Source: Candidatus Limnocylindrales bacterium (GTDB lineage: Bacteria > Chloroflexota > Limnocylindria > Limnocylindrales > CSP1-4). Taken from it: 59,103 bases of DNA. Each line of letters opens with the position of its first letter. Position 1 is the first letter of the stretch. This document shows positions 19,985 through 31,849 of this stretch, piece by piece. The DNA is taken from contig JBBQMH010000006.1 in assembly GCA_038328755.1 (NCBI GenBank), positions 1 through 59,103 of the forward strand, read 5' to 3'. Both the position numbers and the translations under genes were made by a program. The notes beneath the pieces are model-generated. The model did not search any database and was not told the DNA's origin. It was given only the letters and a program-made list of their open reading frames with translations.

Positions 19985-20244
19985 TACGTGGTTCCTCCTT
20001 GCATCGCCGAGGTACTGGCCTCGGCATCCTCGAGCGCGATCGCCTCGAGCAGCGTCGCGCGGATCAGCTCGGCCTCCGCCGGATCGAGACGTTGAACGAC
20101 GGTGCCCGCGGCGACGAAGACCCAATCGCCAGGCTGGAGGTCCGGAATGAGCAGCGTGGAGGCACGCCGAACGCGCCCCTCCTGGTCAACCGTCGCGCCG
20201 GACTCATCGACGGCTACAACGTGCCCGGGAAACGCCACGCACAT
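19984..20244 (-). CDS. hypC: HypC/HybG/HupF family hydrogenase chaperone
   Basis: N-terminal MCVAFPG, GDWVFV; start ATG 20244. Confidence 0.88.
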   Translation of the reverse strand: MCVAFPGHVVAVDESGATVDQEGRVRRASTLLIPDLQPGDWVFVAAGTVVQRLDPAEAELIRATLLEAIALEDAEASTSAMQGGTT

Positions 20245-20275
20245 CCTCAGGACCTCCCGCTCGCGTTCGGGCTGC

Positions 20276-20755
20276 TCATATCCCCAGCCTCTCATCCAGG
20301 ACCTGGCTGGCGGAGGGCCGCGAGTCACGCGCGGCGGGGCGGTTTGGCCCTTCGCGCGCGGGCGCTTTGGGGTGAGAGCCTGGCTCGTGGACGTTGTGGT
20401 CGTGCCATTCGCGCACCTCAGACCGTGCCGGTCCATCCCCGAACTCCAGCTCGATCGACTCCGGCTCGGACACGCTCAATGCAGGTCCGCCGCAAGCGGG
20501 ACAGGCGGCGTCCGGCGCGGGATCGCGGAAGAGGTTCGCGCAATGCGCACACAGGTGGGGCGCGGCCGCATGGACGATTCCAATGGAATCAAGCCCGAGG
20601 CCCGGAGCCGTCACCTCGAGGTGCGCGCGGAGTGCCGCATCGAATGAGACCGGATCCCCATGCCCGCCCGAGATCACTATCTGGATGCGCAGAGGGTCCA
20701 GCCCCCGGTCGCGGATCTCGGCTGCAATGGCAACGGCGATTCCGGCCTCGTGCAT
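20276..20755 (-). CDS. hypA: HypA-like nickel metallochaperone (divergent)
   Basis: N-terminal MHE nickel motif, CAHC and CPAC zinc pairs; start ATG 20755. Confidence 0.8.
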   Translation of the reverse strand: MHEAGIAVAIAAEIRDRGLDPLRIQIVISGGHGDPVSFDAALRAHLEVTAPGLGLDSIGIVHAAAPHLCAHCANLFRDPAPDAACPACGGPALSVSEPESIELEFGDGPARSEVREWHDHNVHEPGSHPKAPAREGPNRPAARDSRPSASQVLDERLGI

Positions 20756-20759
20756 GGGA

Positions 20760-21242
20760 TCAGTCGGCCCCGACCATCGCGAGCTCCCGCCGGACGGCGT
20801 CGGCGGCAAGCGGGACGGCGGCCGCGACAGCGGCCGTCAGCTCGAGTCCGATCGCGATCGTGCCGGGCTGGATCCCGACCAGTGAGACGTGTCGCGGCAG
20901 GGTGCCCATCAGTCGCGCGGCAGCGATGAGATCGCCGATCCCCACCTGGTGTGGCGAGACGTGCCCGGCAAGCACGCCGTGGATGTCGTCGTCGCGGATC
21001 ACAGCGATCGCTCCAGGCTCGCGGCCAAGGTCAACCGCATCGACCATGACCATGGCGCCGGCGTCCCCGATCAGGGGCAGCAGGTCCAGGCCCAGCGTGC
21101 CGCCATCCACGACCCGAGTGCCCGGCGGCAAGCCTGCCTCGTCCTCAGAGATGGATCGGGCAACGGCGATGCCAACGCCCTCATCCTGGAGAAGGATGTT
21201 GCCGACTCCGAGGACGAGCGGAAAGCCGGTTGGCCCGGTCAC
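20760..21242 (-). CDS. Hydrogenase maturation endopeptidase (HyaD/HybD family)
   Basis: LGVGNILLQDEGVG, VDGGTLG, VDAV, SPHQ; GTG start overlaps the cytochrome b stop. Confidence 0.92.
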   Translation of the reverse strand: MTGPTGFPLVLGVGNILLQDEGVGIAVARSISEDEAGLPPGTRVVDGGTLGLDLLPLIGDAGAMVMVDAVDLGREPGAIAVIRDDDIHGVLAGHVSPHQVGIGDLIAAARLMGTLPRHVSLVGIQPGTIAIGLELTAAVAAAVPLAADAVRRELAMVGAD

Positions 21243-22024
21243 TCGACTGATTCCTGGATCTCCATCCCGCCGTCGCGGGCGTCGTCGATCTCGCGCCGGG
21301 AGACGAACTTGTACCCGCTGAAGATCGACGCCATCAGGCCGTTCCGCTCCCAGTGGTCCACCAGGAGGGCGCTGTAGACGTGGTGGATCATGAAGGCGAT
21401 GACGCCCCACATCAGGAGGTGATGGATGAGGCGAACGCCCTGGAGGCCGCCCAGAAGGCCGGGCACCCAGCCGAAGATCGTCGCCCATGGCTCCGTGCCG
21501 TCGGCGCCGGCGAGGGCGAAGCCCGTCGCAGTCTGGAGCAGGAAGAGGAAGAAGACCACGAAATAGGTCCCGGCGGCCAACGCGTTGTGGCCGAGAATCT
21601 TGGGAACCTCACGGCGGAGGAACAAGTACCAGCCGGCCTGGTTGGCGAGCTCGGCGGCGTGGCGGCGGTTCGTCGGCACGAAGGCGGTCCAGCGACTGAA
21701 CCGGTTACCGGCGAAGAGCCAGTAGGTCCGGAGGATCCCGGACCCGAGGAAGGTGAACGCCGCGACCATGTGGACGAAACGGACGACCGTCATGAACGGC
21801 CCGCCCGGCGGGATGATGAAGGGATCCGCGATGTACCCGCCGGTCACCGACAGCACCATCACGCTCCCGAAGGTCAGCCAGTGGGTGATCCGGACCGGCA
21901 CCTGCCAGACGTAGATCCGGAAGCGGGCATCCGACTTGTCACGGATGACAAGCGGGCGCGGAGATGAGGGAAAGGCTCCCGCCCCGCTGGAGTCCGCGGG
22001 CCTGGGCTGCTCGAGGATGGCCAT
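21239..22024 (-). CDS. cybH: Ni/Fe-hydrogenase b-type cytochrome subunit
   Basis: VWQVPVRITHW, VRFVHM, GHNALA, IHH...IHHVY heme histidines; start ATG 22024. Confidence 0.93.
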   Translation of the reverse strand: MAILEQPRPADSSGAGAFPSSPRPLVIRDKSDARFRIYVWQVPVRITHWLTFGSVMVLSVTGGYIADPFIIPPGGPFMTVVRFVHMVAAFTFLGSGILRTYWLFAGNRFSRWTAFVPTNRRHAAELANQAGWYLFLRREVPKILGHNALAAGTYFVVFFLFLLQTATGFALAGADGTEPWATIFGWVPGLLGGLQGVRLIHHLLMWGVIAFMIHHVYSALLVDHWERNGLMASIFSGYKFVSRREIDDARDGGMEIQESVE

Positions 22025-22034
22025 CGTCGTCTCC

Positions 22035-23740
<1,706 letters not shown>

Positions 23741-23744
<4 letters not shown>

Positions 23745-24898
23745 GCCTGGACCCCCTTTGCCGACTCAGCGTCGTCGCCGGCGGTCGGGCCGACGTTGGT
23801 TGGCGGCGGCTCTGGCTCACCTGCCCCGTCCTTTTGCCGACGGTTCCTCGCGTACGAGGCAACCCCGTGGGCGGCCGACAGAGCGGCAACGGCGCCGACG
23901 AGCGTCAGCCCGATCTGGTCGGCCGTGACGTCGTTGGCGACGCCCGGAGCCTTCGGCAGTCGGCCGTAGAACGGACTCATCCGATCCCAGAACTGGGGCA
24001 TCGTGCAACCGACGCATCCATGGCCGGTCTTGACTGGCCAGCTCGTGCCGTCGTTGAACCGGGCCGTCGGGCAGTTGGCATACGTCTCGGGACCCTTGCA
24101 GCCCATCTTGTAGAGGCACCAGCCGTCGCGGTGGCCTTGGTCGCCCCAGGACGTGACGAAGCGCCCGGACTCGTAGTGGGCACGTCGCTCGCACTGGTCG
24201 TGGATGAGCTGGCCGTAGGCGAACAGCGGCCGGCCCAGCGGGTCGGTGGCCGGGAAGGACCCGAACGTGAGGTAGTGGACGATCGTCGCGGTCAGGTTCT
24301 GGACGTTCATCGGGCAGCCCGGCAGGTTGATGACCGTCGACTTCGGGACGACGGCCGAGGTCCCCACCGCTCCGGTTGGTCCACCTGATGCTGCAGGCAG
24401 CCCACCGTCGAAGGCGCACGAGCCAACGGAGATGACCGCCAGCGCGTTGGCGCAGACATCCTCGACGATGCTCTTGAAGGTCTTGCCGCCGATCGTGCAG
24501 TAGACGCCGTCGTCGGCGATCGGGATGGATCCCTCGACGACCACGATGTAGCCGCCCTTGAAGGCAGCCATGGTGTCGTGCTTCGACTTCTCGGCCGCCT
24601 CGCCGGCCGGCGCCATGATGGTTTCGTGGTAATCGAGCGAGAGCGTGTCGAGCACCAGCTCGGCGACGGTCGGATGACTCGCCCGGAGGAACCCTTCGGT
24701 ATTGCCGGCGCAGTCCTGCCCTTCCAGCCAGATGACGGGAGTCCGCGGCGCCGTCTCAAGCGCCTTCGCAATCCTGGGTGCGTACGACATTGGCAGGGCC
24801 AACGCCGTGGTCATGGCAGCCGAGAACTTGAGGAATGTCCGGCGGGAGACCCCCCGCTCGACAAGGCTCCGATAGATCGGATCGGTCGTCACGGTCAT
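23741..24898 (-). CDS. hyaA: Group 1 [NiFe]-hydrogenase small subunit, Tat-exported and membrane anchored
   Basis: SRRTFLK twin-arginine signal; FeS ligands DCAGN, GSC, PGCP, HDQC, CLYKMGC, NCP, CVGC; C-terminal TM helix; start ATG 24898. Confidence 0.94.
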
Positions 24899-25032
24899 CA
24901 GCGCCACCCGTGTCGATGGGGCATCCGTGCAGTCAGGACACGACGCTTGGGCGTCGACCGCGGGCCCCACTTGCGGGCTATTACCTCCTGCCAGACGGCC
25001 TGAGCGGCCCTGCCAGGTGGACCCTAGTCGCA

Positions 25033-25118
25033 GGCCCAAAGGTCACAAAGGGCTCGGCCTGCGGCGCGCCCCCGCCGCTCGCAGCCCGGTTCCGGACTCT
25101 CCGGATGACCCTCGGCCC
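25033..25118. promoter_or_regulatory. Two DosR-box-like sites in the divergent hydrogenase/vor promoter
   Basis: 25033-25046 (reverse complement GTGACCTTTGGGCC) and 25105-25118 ATGACCCTCGGCCC. Confidence 0.55.
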
Positions 25119-25189
25119 TCGAGGGAGCGCCATCCGGCCCTCCCGGATCGGCTGACGCCCGCGCACGATCTGGCTGGAGGTATGCGTCC

Positions 25190-25468
25190 ATGATCGTCGC
25201 ACTGAAGCGCGCCGCGGCTGCAACGGCCGACGAGCCGCCCTTGAGTTGGACTCCCCTCGCCATCGCGCGGGATCGATGCAAGGGCTGTGAACTCTGTATC
25301 GGCGCCTGCCCGCACGGCGTGCTTGCCCTTGAGGTCGGGGCGGTCAACCGCCTTGGCTACCACCCGATCCAGCTCACCGACGCTGCGGGCTGCACGAGCT
25401 GCGCGCTCTGTGCCCGGGTCTGCCCTGACGCAGTCTTCACCGTGTACGCGCCACGAAAGGAGGCCTGA
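25190..25468 (+). CDS. 2x[4Fe-4S] ferredoxin-like delta subunit of 2-oxoacid:ferredoxin oxidoreductase
   Basis: [12 protein letters not shown] and [12 protein letters not shown]. Confidence 0.9.
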   Translation: MIVALKRAAAATADEPPLSWTPLAIARDRCKGCELCIGACPHGVLALEVGAVNRLGYHPIQLTDAAGCTSCALCARVCPDAVFTVYAPRKEA

Positions 25469-25469
25469 C

Positions 25470-26558
25470 GTGGCGATCGATGCCCCCGCCCGCGTCCTGA
25501 TGAAGGGGAACGAGGCAATTGCGGAGGCCGCGATCCAGGCCGGTTGTGATGCCTATTTCGGCTACCCGATCACGCCCCAGGCCGAGCTGCTCGAGTGGAT
25601 GGCCCGGCGGATGCCGGAACTCGGGCGTGTCTTTCTCCAGGCCGAAAGCGAAGTCGCGGCGATCAACATGGCGCTGGGGGCCGCAGCCACGGGCGCCCGG
25701 GTCATGGTCAGCTCGTCCTCCCCGGGGATCTCGCTGATGGCCGAGGGCATGTCCTACATGGCCGGCTCCGAGATCCCGATGGTCCTCGTGGACATCATGC
25801 GCGGCGGACCGGGCCTCGGATCCATCGGGCCTGCCCAGGGCGACTACTTCCAGATCGTAAAGGGCCACGGCCACGGCGACTACCGGACGCCGGTGCTCGC
25901 ACCATCGTCGATCGCCGAGGCCATCGAGCTCGTTCCGGCGGCGTTCGAGATCGCCGAGCGGTACCGGACTCCCGTCGTCGTCCTTGCGGACGGCGTCCTC
26001 GGACAGGCGATGGAGCCAGTTGTGCCCGCCTATCGAACACCGGAACGCATCGAGTCGGACTGGGTAGCAGACGGCGCGGCGGGGCGAACGCCTCGTGTGG
26101 TCAAGTCCCTGCACCTCGACCCAGAGGACCTGGAGCAGCACAACCAGCATCTCCAGGCGAAATACCGGGTCATCGAGGCCGCTGAGGTCCGCTGGGCCGG
26201 CGAGATGCTCGAGGACGCGGAGCTGGTGGTCGTTGCCTACGGCACCGCTGCACGGGTCGCGCGGACCGCCATCCGGCGCGCTCGTGACGGCGGGCTGCGG
26301 GTTGGACTGTTCCGACCGGTCAGCCTGTGGCCCTTCCCTTCAGCCGCGCTCGCCGAAATCGCGAGCCGGACGCGCGGGCTCCTCGTCGTTGAGCTGTCGG
26401 CCGGGCAGATGGTCGAGGACGTTCGCCTCGCCGTCGAGGGCCGGGCACCGGTTGCCTTCCATGGACGCACCGGCGGCATGGTCCCGTCGCCCGATGAGGT
26501 CCTTGGGGCACTCCGGCAACTGTGGGCGGTCACGACCGAACGGGAGAACGACCGATGA
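25470..26558 (+). CDS. vorB: 2-oxoacid (2-oxoisovalerate-type) ferredoxin oxidoreductase alpha subunit
   Basis: [42 protein letters not shown]; GTG 25470. Confidence 0.9.
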   Translation: MAIDAPARVLMKGNEAIAEAAIQAGCDAYFGYPITPQAELLEWMARRMPELGRVFLQAESEVAAINMALGAAATGARVMVSSSSPGISLMAEGMSYMAGSEIPMVLVDIMRGGPGLGSIGPAQGDYFQIVKGHGHGDYRTPVLAPSSIAEAIELVPAAFEIAERYRTPVVVLADGVLGQAMEPVVPAYRTPERIESDWVADGAAGRTPRVVKSLHLDPEDLEQHNQHLQAKYRVIEAAEVRWAGEMLEDAELVVVAYGTAARVARTAIRRARDGGLRVGLFRPVSLWPFPSAALAEIASRTRGLLVVELSAGQMVEDVRLAVEGRAPVAFHGRTGGMVPSPDEVLGALRQLWAVTTERENDR

Positions 26559-27352
26559 CCACCGACAGGCTCGTACACGGGGCTGAGCGGGGGCGAATCA
26601 TCGCGACTCGACCCGCCCTTCTCACGGACCGGTCCACCCATTACTGCCCGGGATGCGGGCATGGAGTCGTTCACCGGCTCATCGCCGAGCTCCTGGGCGA
26701 CCTCGGACTCGCCGAGCGCACGATCGCGGTCGCGCCCGTTGGCTGCTCCGTCTTCGCCTACGACTACCTCGACGTCGATTGGATCGAAGCACCACATGGG
26801 CGAGCGCCGGCCGTCGCGACCGGCGTCCGACGGGTCCAGCCGGACGCGTTCGTGCTGATGTACCAGGGCGACGGCGACCTTGCCGCGATCGGTACGGCCG
26901 AGATCATCCACGCGGCTGCGCGGGGCGAGCGGATCACCGGGGTCTTCGTCAACAACGGGATCTACGGAATGACCGGCGGCCAGATGGCACCAACGACGCT
27001 GGTCGGACAGAAGACGACCTCATCGCCCGAGGGTCGGGACCCGCGGCTGGTCGGAGAGCCACTCCCGATCACGGAGATGCTCGCCATCCTTCCCGGTGTT
27101 GCCTACGCAGCCCGTGGCACCCTGGCCGACGCGGCATCGATCGGCAAGTTGCGGGCAATGCTCAAGCGGGCGATGCAGATGCAACTGGATGACGAGGGCT
27201 TCGCGATCGTCGAGGTGCTCGCCAACTGCCCCGTCGGCTGGAACATGACCGCGCAGCAGTCGATCGACCATCTCAAGGACGTAGCCGAGACCTACCCGGT
27301 CGGAGTGATCGTCGACCGGCCGAAAGCCCGAGCCGCATCCCCGGAGGCGTGA
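26555..27352 (+). CDS. 2-oxoacid:ferredoxin oxidoreductase beta (TPP-binding) subunit
   Basis: [22 protein letters not shown]...[11 protein letters not shown]; ATGA overlap. Confidence 0.92.
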   Translation: MTTDRLVHGAERGRIIATRPALLTDRSTHYCPGCGHGVVHRLIAELLGDLGLAERTIAVAPVGCSVFAYDYLDVDWIEAPHGRAPAVATGVRRVQPDAFVLMYQGDGDLAAIGTAEIIHAAARGERITGVFVNNGIYGMTGGQMAPTTLVGQKTTSSPEGRDPRLVGEPLPITEMLAILPGVAYAARGTLADAASIGKLRAMLKRAMQMQLDDEGFAIVEVLANCPVGWNMTAQQSIDHLKDVAETYPVGVIVDRPKARAASPEA

Positions 27353-27912
27353 CCATGGAACAATCGACCGTCTTTGCCGGCTTCGGCGGGCAGGGAATCC
27401 TGTTCGCCGGCACGGTCCTGGCCCGCGCGGCGACCGCGGAGGGCATGGAAGTCCTCTGGATTCCGTCCTACGGCCCCGAGATGCGCGGCGGGACCGCCTC
27501 CTGCACGGTCATCGTGGCCGATGAGCCAATCGGCTCGCCGATCGTGGATCACGCCGACGCGGTCGTTGCACTCAACCCGCCGTCCCTCGCGAAGTTCGAG
27601 CCGATCGTGGCGCCGGGTGGGCTCCTCGTCGTGAACACCAGCCTGATCGAAGCTGAGCCATCGCGGGAAGATCTGTCGCAGGTCGCGCTGCCATGCACAG
27701 CTCTGGCAAAGGCCGCCGGCGATGATCGCCTCGTCAGCGTCGTCGCGCTGGGTGCGCTCCTGGCACGCCGACCATTTGTTCCGATCCAGGCCGTTCGCGA
27801 TGCCCTCGCGACGATCCTCGAAGCGAAGGGATCGGCGCTCCTCGAGGCGGACCTGGCGGCGCTCGATGCCGGGTTCAAGGCGGCCATGGAGGGCGCACCA
27901 AGCCCGGCGTAG
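27349..27912 (+). CDS. 2-oxoacid:ferredoxin oxidoreductase gamma subunit
   Basis: AGFGGQG, PSYGPEMRGG. Confidence 0.92.
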   Translation: MTMEQSTVFAGFGGQGILFAGTVLARAATAEGMEVLWIPSYGPEMRGGTASCTVIVADEPIGSPIVDHADAVVALNPPSLAKFEPIVAPGGLLVVNTSLIEAEPSREDLSQVALPCTALAKAAGDDRLVSVVALGALLARRPFVPIQAVRDALATILEAKGSALLEADLAALDAGFKAAMEGAPSPA

Positions 27913-27989
27913 ACGGGGCAGGCGCCGGGCGGCAGTTGCCGTCGCGGCGATGAACTCCGGGATCCCCCGGCAGAGGGCAGAATGGCTGC

Positions 27990-30900
27990 GTGCCGACCGC
28001 CGACCCCGTACCGGACGCGCCAGCCGCCGCGCAGGACAACCCCGAGGCCTACATCGCGCGTGACCGGCGTCGAGCGCTGTCGGCCGGCGTGGAGCTGCCC
28101 GACCGGGTCAGCGGGTCGGCGCTCTTCGCGGACATCAGCGGGTTCACGCCCCTGACCGAGGCCCTCGCCAACGAACTTGGCCCCCAGCGCGGTGCCGAGG
28201 AGCTCACGGTCAACATCGGCCGCGTCTTCCAGGCGGTCATCGGCGAACTCGATGCCTTCGGCGGCGATGTCATCTACTTCTCGGGCGACGCGATCACGTG
28301 CTGGATCGATGGTGACGACGGAACACTGGCGTGCGCCGCGGCAATCGCCATGCAGGAGGCGATCGGTCGAACCGGCAACGTCGTGACGCCCGGCGGTTCC
28401 GAGGTGAAACTCGCGATGAAGGTCGCCATCGCGGTCGGCGATGCCCGGCGGTTCATCGTCGGCGATCCAGAGAGCCAGCTCATCGACGTCCTGGCGGGCC
28501 GCCTCATCGACGATCTTGCCGCCGCGGAGCACTTCGCCCAGAAAGGCGAGGTCGTGCTTGAGCCGTCGGCGATCCGGCGACTTGGGGACCGGGTATCACT
28601 CGGCGAGCTGCGTCATGACGAGGAGACCGATCGGACCTACGCGGTCCTCGAGCAGCTTCACGTGGCAGTCCCGAGAACACCGGTGGTGGAGCCCCCTCCC
28701 CTCTCCGAGGATCTCGTTCGCTCCTGGCTGCTGCCGCCCGTCTTCGAACGGATCCGCACGGGACGCGGTGAGTTCCTGACCGAGCTCCGGCCCGCCATCC
28801 CGGTCTTCGTGCGGTTCACCGGGATCGACTACGACAACGATCCCGACGCGATCCCCCAGCTCGATGAGTTCGTCCGCGGGGCGCAGAAGATCATGTCCGG
28901 CTACGGCGGCAACGTCCTGCAGCTGACGCTCGGCGACAAGGGTGCCTACCTGTACGGCGTCTTCGGATCGCCCATCGCTCACGAGGACGATGCCGCGCGG
29001 GCGGCCGGTGCTGCCCTTGAGTTGCGCGACCTGGAAAAATCCACCGCGGCACGCGAGATCCAGGTCGGGGTCACGCGCGGGACCCTTCGCAGTGGCACAT
29101 ACGGCCATGAGATGCGGCGGACCTTCGTCTGCCTGGGCGACGAGGTCAACCTCTCGGCGCGCCTGATGTCCGCGGCACCGCCGGGTCGGATCTATGTCAG
29201 CCAGCGCATCCGGGAGGGGGCTGGAGACGGCTTCATCTGGGAGCAGCTGCCTGACATGAAGGTCAAGGGCAAGGCCCAGCCCGTGGCGGTCTACTCGCTG
29301 GGCGGATCCCTCGAGCGCTCGTCACGCCGCAAGACGCGGTTCGAGCTTCGCCTCGTCGGGCGCAAGGCCGAACTGGAACAGCTGACCTCCGGCCTCGAGA
29401 CGGCCCTCCAGCATCGAGGCCAGATCGTTGGTATCGCGGCCGAGGCTGGCCTCGGAAAGTCGCGGCTCGTCGCGGAGTTCGTCCGGGCAGCCCGGCGACG
29501 CGGCATCTTCGTGGCCTTTGGTGAGTGCCAGGCGTTTGGCACCAATACCGGGTACTTCGTCTGGCGCGAGATCTGGCGACGGCTGTTCCGGCTCGAGGAC
29601 GGCGACTCCGAGGCCGCCCAGATCGCGCAGGTCGAGGCGGAACTGGCGGCCATCGATCCCGGCTACGTCGCTCGTGCGCCGCTGCTCGACGACCTCCTCG
29701 AGCTCCCGATCCCGGACAACGACCTCACTCGCAGCTTCGATCCGAAGCTCCGCAAGGCATCACTCGAGGATCTGCTCACTGGCTGCCTGCGCGCTCGCGC
29801 GGCCACCGAACCGATCGTGGTGGTCCTGGAGGACTGCCACTGGATCGACGAGCTGTCGCGGGACCTGCTGCAGGTGCTGGCGCGAGCGTCCGGAGACCTG
29901 CGGCTCCTGTTCCTTCTGGCCTATCGACCCGCCGCCGAGAAGGGCGGGGGCCTTGGCCTCGAGCGGCAACAGAACCTGGCCGAGATCGAACTGGATCACC
30001 TCGACGATGCCGAGGCAGCCGAAGTCGTTCGATCGAAGCTCGAGCAGGTCCTCGGTCAGGGCGAGACACCCTCGGACGAGCTCGTGCAGCTCGTGACGGA
30101 GCGGGCCGGCGGCAACCCGCTCTATGTCGAGGAGCTGGTGAGCTTCATCGCCAGCAAGCAGATCGACCTGCACGATCGTGCCGCGATGGCCGATCTACAT
30201 CTGCCGGAGAGCCTCCAGACCCTGATTCTCAGCCGGATGGACACGATCGCCGAGGATGCCCGGCGCTCCATGAAAGTCGCCAGCGTGATCGGGCGCGTCT
30301 TCGAAGCGCCGATGCTGCCCGGAGCCTATGCCGAGCTCGGAACCCTGGATGACGTCCTTGGGCATCTCGAGACCCTGCGGACGGCCGACCTCGTGGGCCT
30401 CGACCGGGCGGCCGACCTGGCCTACCTGTTCAAGCACGCGGTGACCCAGGAGGTCGCCTACGACAGCATGCCGTTCTCCGTTCGCGCGAACCTTCACGGC
30501 CGCGTCGGCGCCTACATCGAAGCGCGTGATCCGGACGAGATCGATCGCCATCTCGACCTGCTCGCTCACCACTACTGGCTGAGCGACGACAAAACGAAGA
30601 AGGTTGAGTATCTCGGTCGCGCTGCGGAGGCGGCTCGGGGCTCGTTTGCGAACGCCGCGGCCATTGGCTACTACGAGCGACTCATTCCGCTCCTCGATGG
30701 GAGTGAGCGGGTCGCGGCTTCCATCAACCTGGGGGAAGTCCTCCAGCTGGTCGGCGACATGCCCCGCGCCGAGACAGTCGTCGGCGAGGCACGCGAGATG
30801 GCGGTGCAGTCCGAGGACGTCGCGAACACCGCACGGTGTGACCATTCCCTCGCCGAGTCCGCGCGCCGTCAGGGACGGTTCGACGACGCGGAGGAACGGC

Positions 30901-31694
30901 TCGCGGCCGCACGGGAGGGGTTTGCGGCGAGCGACGACGATGCCGGCCTCGCTCTCGCGCTCCAGGTGACGGGCACCGTCAACGCCCAGCGAGGCAACCT
31001 CGACGCGGCGCGCGCGCACTACGAGGCGAGCCTCGCCATCCGCGAGCGGATCGGGGATGCCTCGGGCGTTGCGGCCGTGACGAACAACCTTGGAATCGTC
31101 GCCCAGCACGCCGGCGACGCCGATCGGGCGCGGGCGTTGAGCGTTCGCGCGCTCGAGCTGTACGAACGCCTCGGCGAGCCGCGACGGATCTGCTCGTGCG
31201 AGATCAACCTCGCCTGGATGGATGCCCAAGCGGGCCGCAACGATGAAGCCCTGGCCCACGGCGAACGCGCGGTCGACCTCGCCCGGCAGGTCGGCGATAC
31301 GCTCAACCTTGCGATCGCCCAGAACAACATCGGCGACGCGCTCCGCGACCTTGGACGACTGGACGAGGCCGGCAGGGCCTACGCCGCTGCCGTCGAGGCC
31401 TATCGCGACCTGGGCGACACGGGACCGCTCATGGCGCTCCTGGAGGACGTGGCGGTCCTGAGCGCCATGCGGCACCGACACGCCGACGCGTTCGTGCTCG
31501 TCGGGGCCGCGGATTCGCTGCGGGCGGCGCTCGGTTCTCCCCGCGCCGCAGCCGCTGAGGCCGCTCTGATGGAGCGACTCGAGGTCGCCAGGTCTGAGGT
31601 CGCTGACGAGGCGGCCGAACGGGCGCGCGGGGCGGGCAGAGCCTTGACGCCCACCGCGGCCATCGATCGAGCGCTTGAACTCGCGGCGACCTAG
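27990..31694 (+). CDS. Tandem class III nucleotidyl cyclase + STAND/AAA NTPase + TPR protein (soluble adenylyl cyclase-like architecture)
   Basis: C1 FADISGFT...FSGDA; C2 ELRP...GDKG...VNLSARLM; Walker A AEAGLGKS, Walker B VVVLEDCHW; GNPLYVEE; C-terminal TPRs. Confidence 0.92.
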   Translation: MPTADPVPDAPAAAQDNPEAYIARDRRRALSAGVELPDRVSGSALFADISGFTPLTEALANELGPQRGAEELTVNIGRVFQAVIGELDAFGGDVIYFSGDAITCWIDGDDGTLACAAAIAMQEAIGRTGNVVTPGGSEVKLAMKVAIAVGDARRFIVGDPESQLIDVLAGRLIDDLAAAEHFAQKGEVVLEPSAIRRLGDRVSLGELRHDEETDRTYAVLEQLHVAVPRTPVVEPPPLSEDLVRSWLLPPVFERIRTGRGEFLTELRPAIPVFVRFTGIDYDNDPDAIPQLDEFVRGAQKIMSGYGGNVLQLTLGDKGAYLYGVFGSPIAHEDDAARAAGAALELRDLEKSTAAREIQVGVTRGTLRSGTYGHEMRRTFVCLGDEVNLSARLMSAAPPGRIYVSQRIREGAGDGFIWEQLPDMKVKGKAQPVAVYSLGGSLERSSRRKTRFELRLVGRKAELEQLTSGLETALQHRGQIVGIAAEAGLGKSRLVAEFVRAARRRGIFVAFGECQAFGTNTGYFVWREIWRRLFRLEDGDSEAAQIAQVEAELAAIDPGYVARAPLLDDLLELPIPDNDLTRSFDPKLRKASLEDLLTGCLRARAATEPIVVVLEDCHWIDELSRDLLQVLARASGDLRLLFLLAYRPAAEKGGGLGLERQQNLAEIELDHLDDAEAAEVVRSKLEQVLGQGETPSDELVQLVTERAGGNPLYVEELVSFIASKQIDLHDRAAMADLHLPESLQTLILSRMDTIAEDARRSMKVASVIGRVFEAPMLPGAYAELGTLDDVLGHLETLRTADLVGLDRAADLAYLFKHAVTQEVAYDSMPFSVRANLHGRVGAYIEARDPDEIDRHLDLLAHHYWLSDDKTKKVEYLGRAAEAARGSFANAAAIGYYERLIPLLDGSERVAASINLGEVLQLVGDMPRAETVVGEAREMAVQSEDVANTARCDHSLAESARRQGRFDDAEERLAAAREGFAASDDDAGLALALQVTGTVNAQRGNLDAARAHYEASLAIRERIGDASGVAAVTNNLGIVAQHAGDADRARALSVRALELYERLGEPRRICSCEINLAWMDAQAGRNDEALAHGERAVDLARQVGDTLNLAIAQNNIGDALRDLGRLDEAGRAYAAAVEAYRDLGDTGPLMALLEDVAVLSAMRHRHADAFVLVGAADSLRAALGSPRAAAAEAALMERLEVARSEVADEAAERARGAGRALTPTAAIDRALELAAT

Positions 31695-31849
31695 TCCCCG
31701 ACTTTGGGTCCGATCCCGGCCACCTGGCCCGGACGCTGGTGCACGGGCGCACCGATTGCGGGAATTCGATTGCACAACGGTCCCAATGCGCCGTACCCTA
31801 AGCGGAATCGCGGGACCGCTTTCCATACCGCGGGCTTGAGGAGCTAAGC

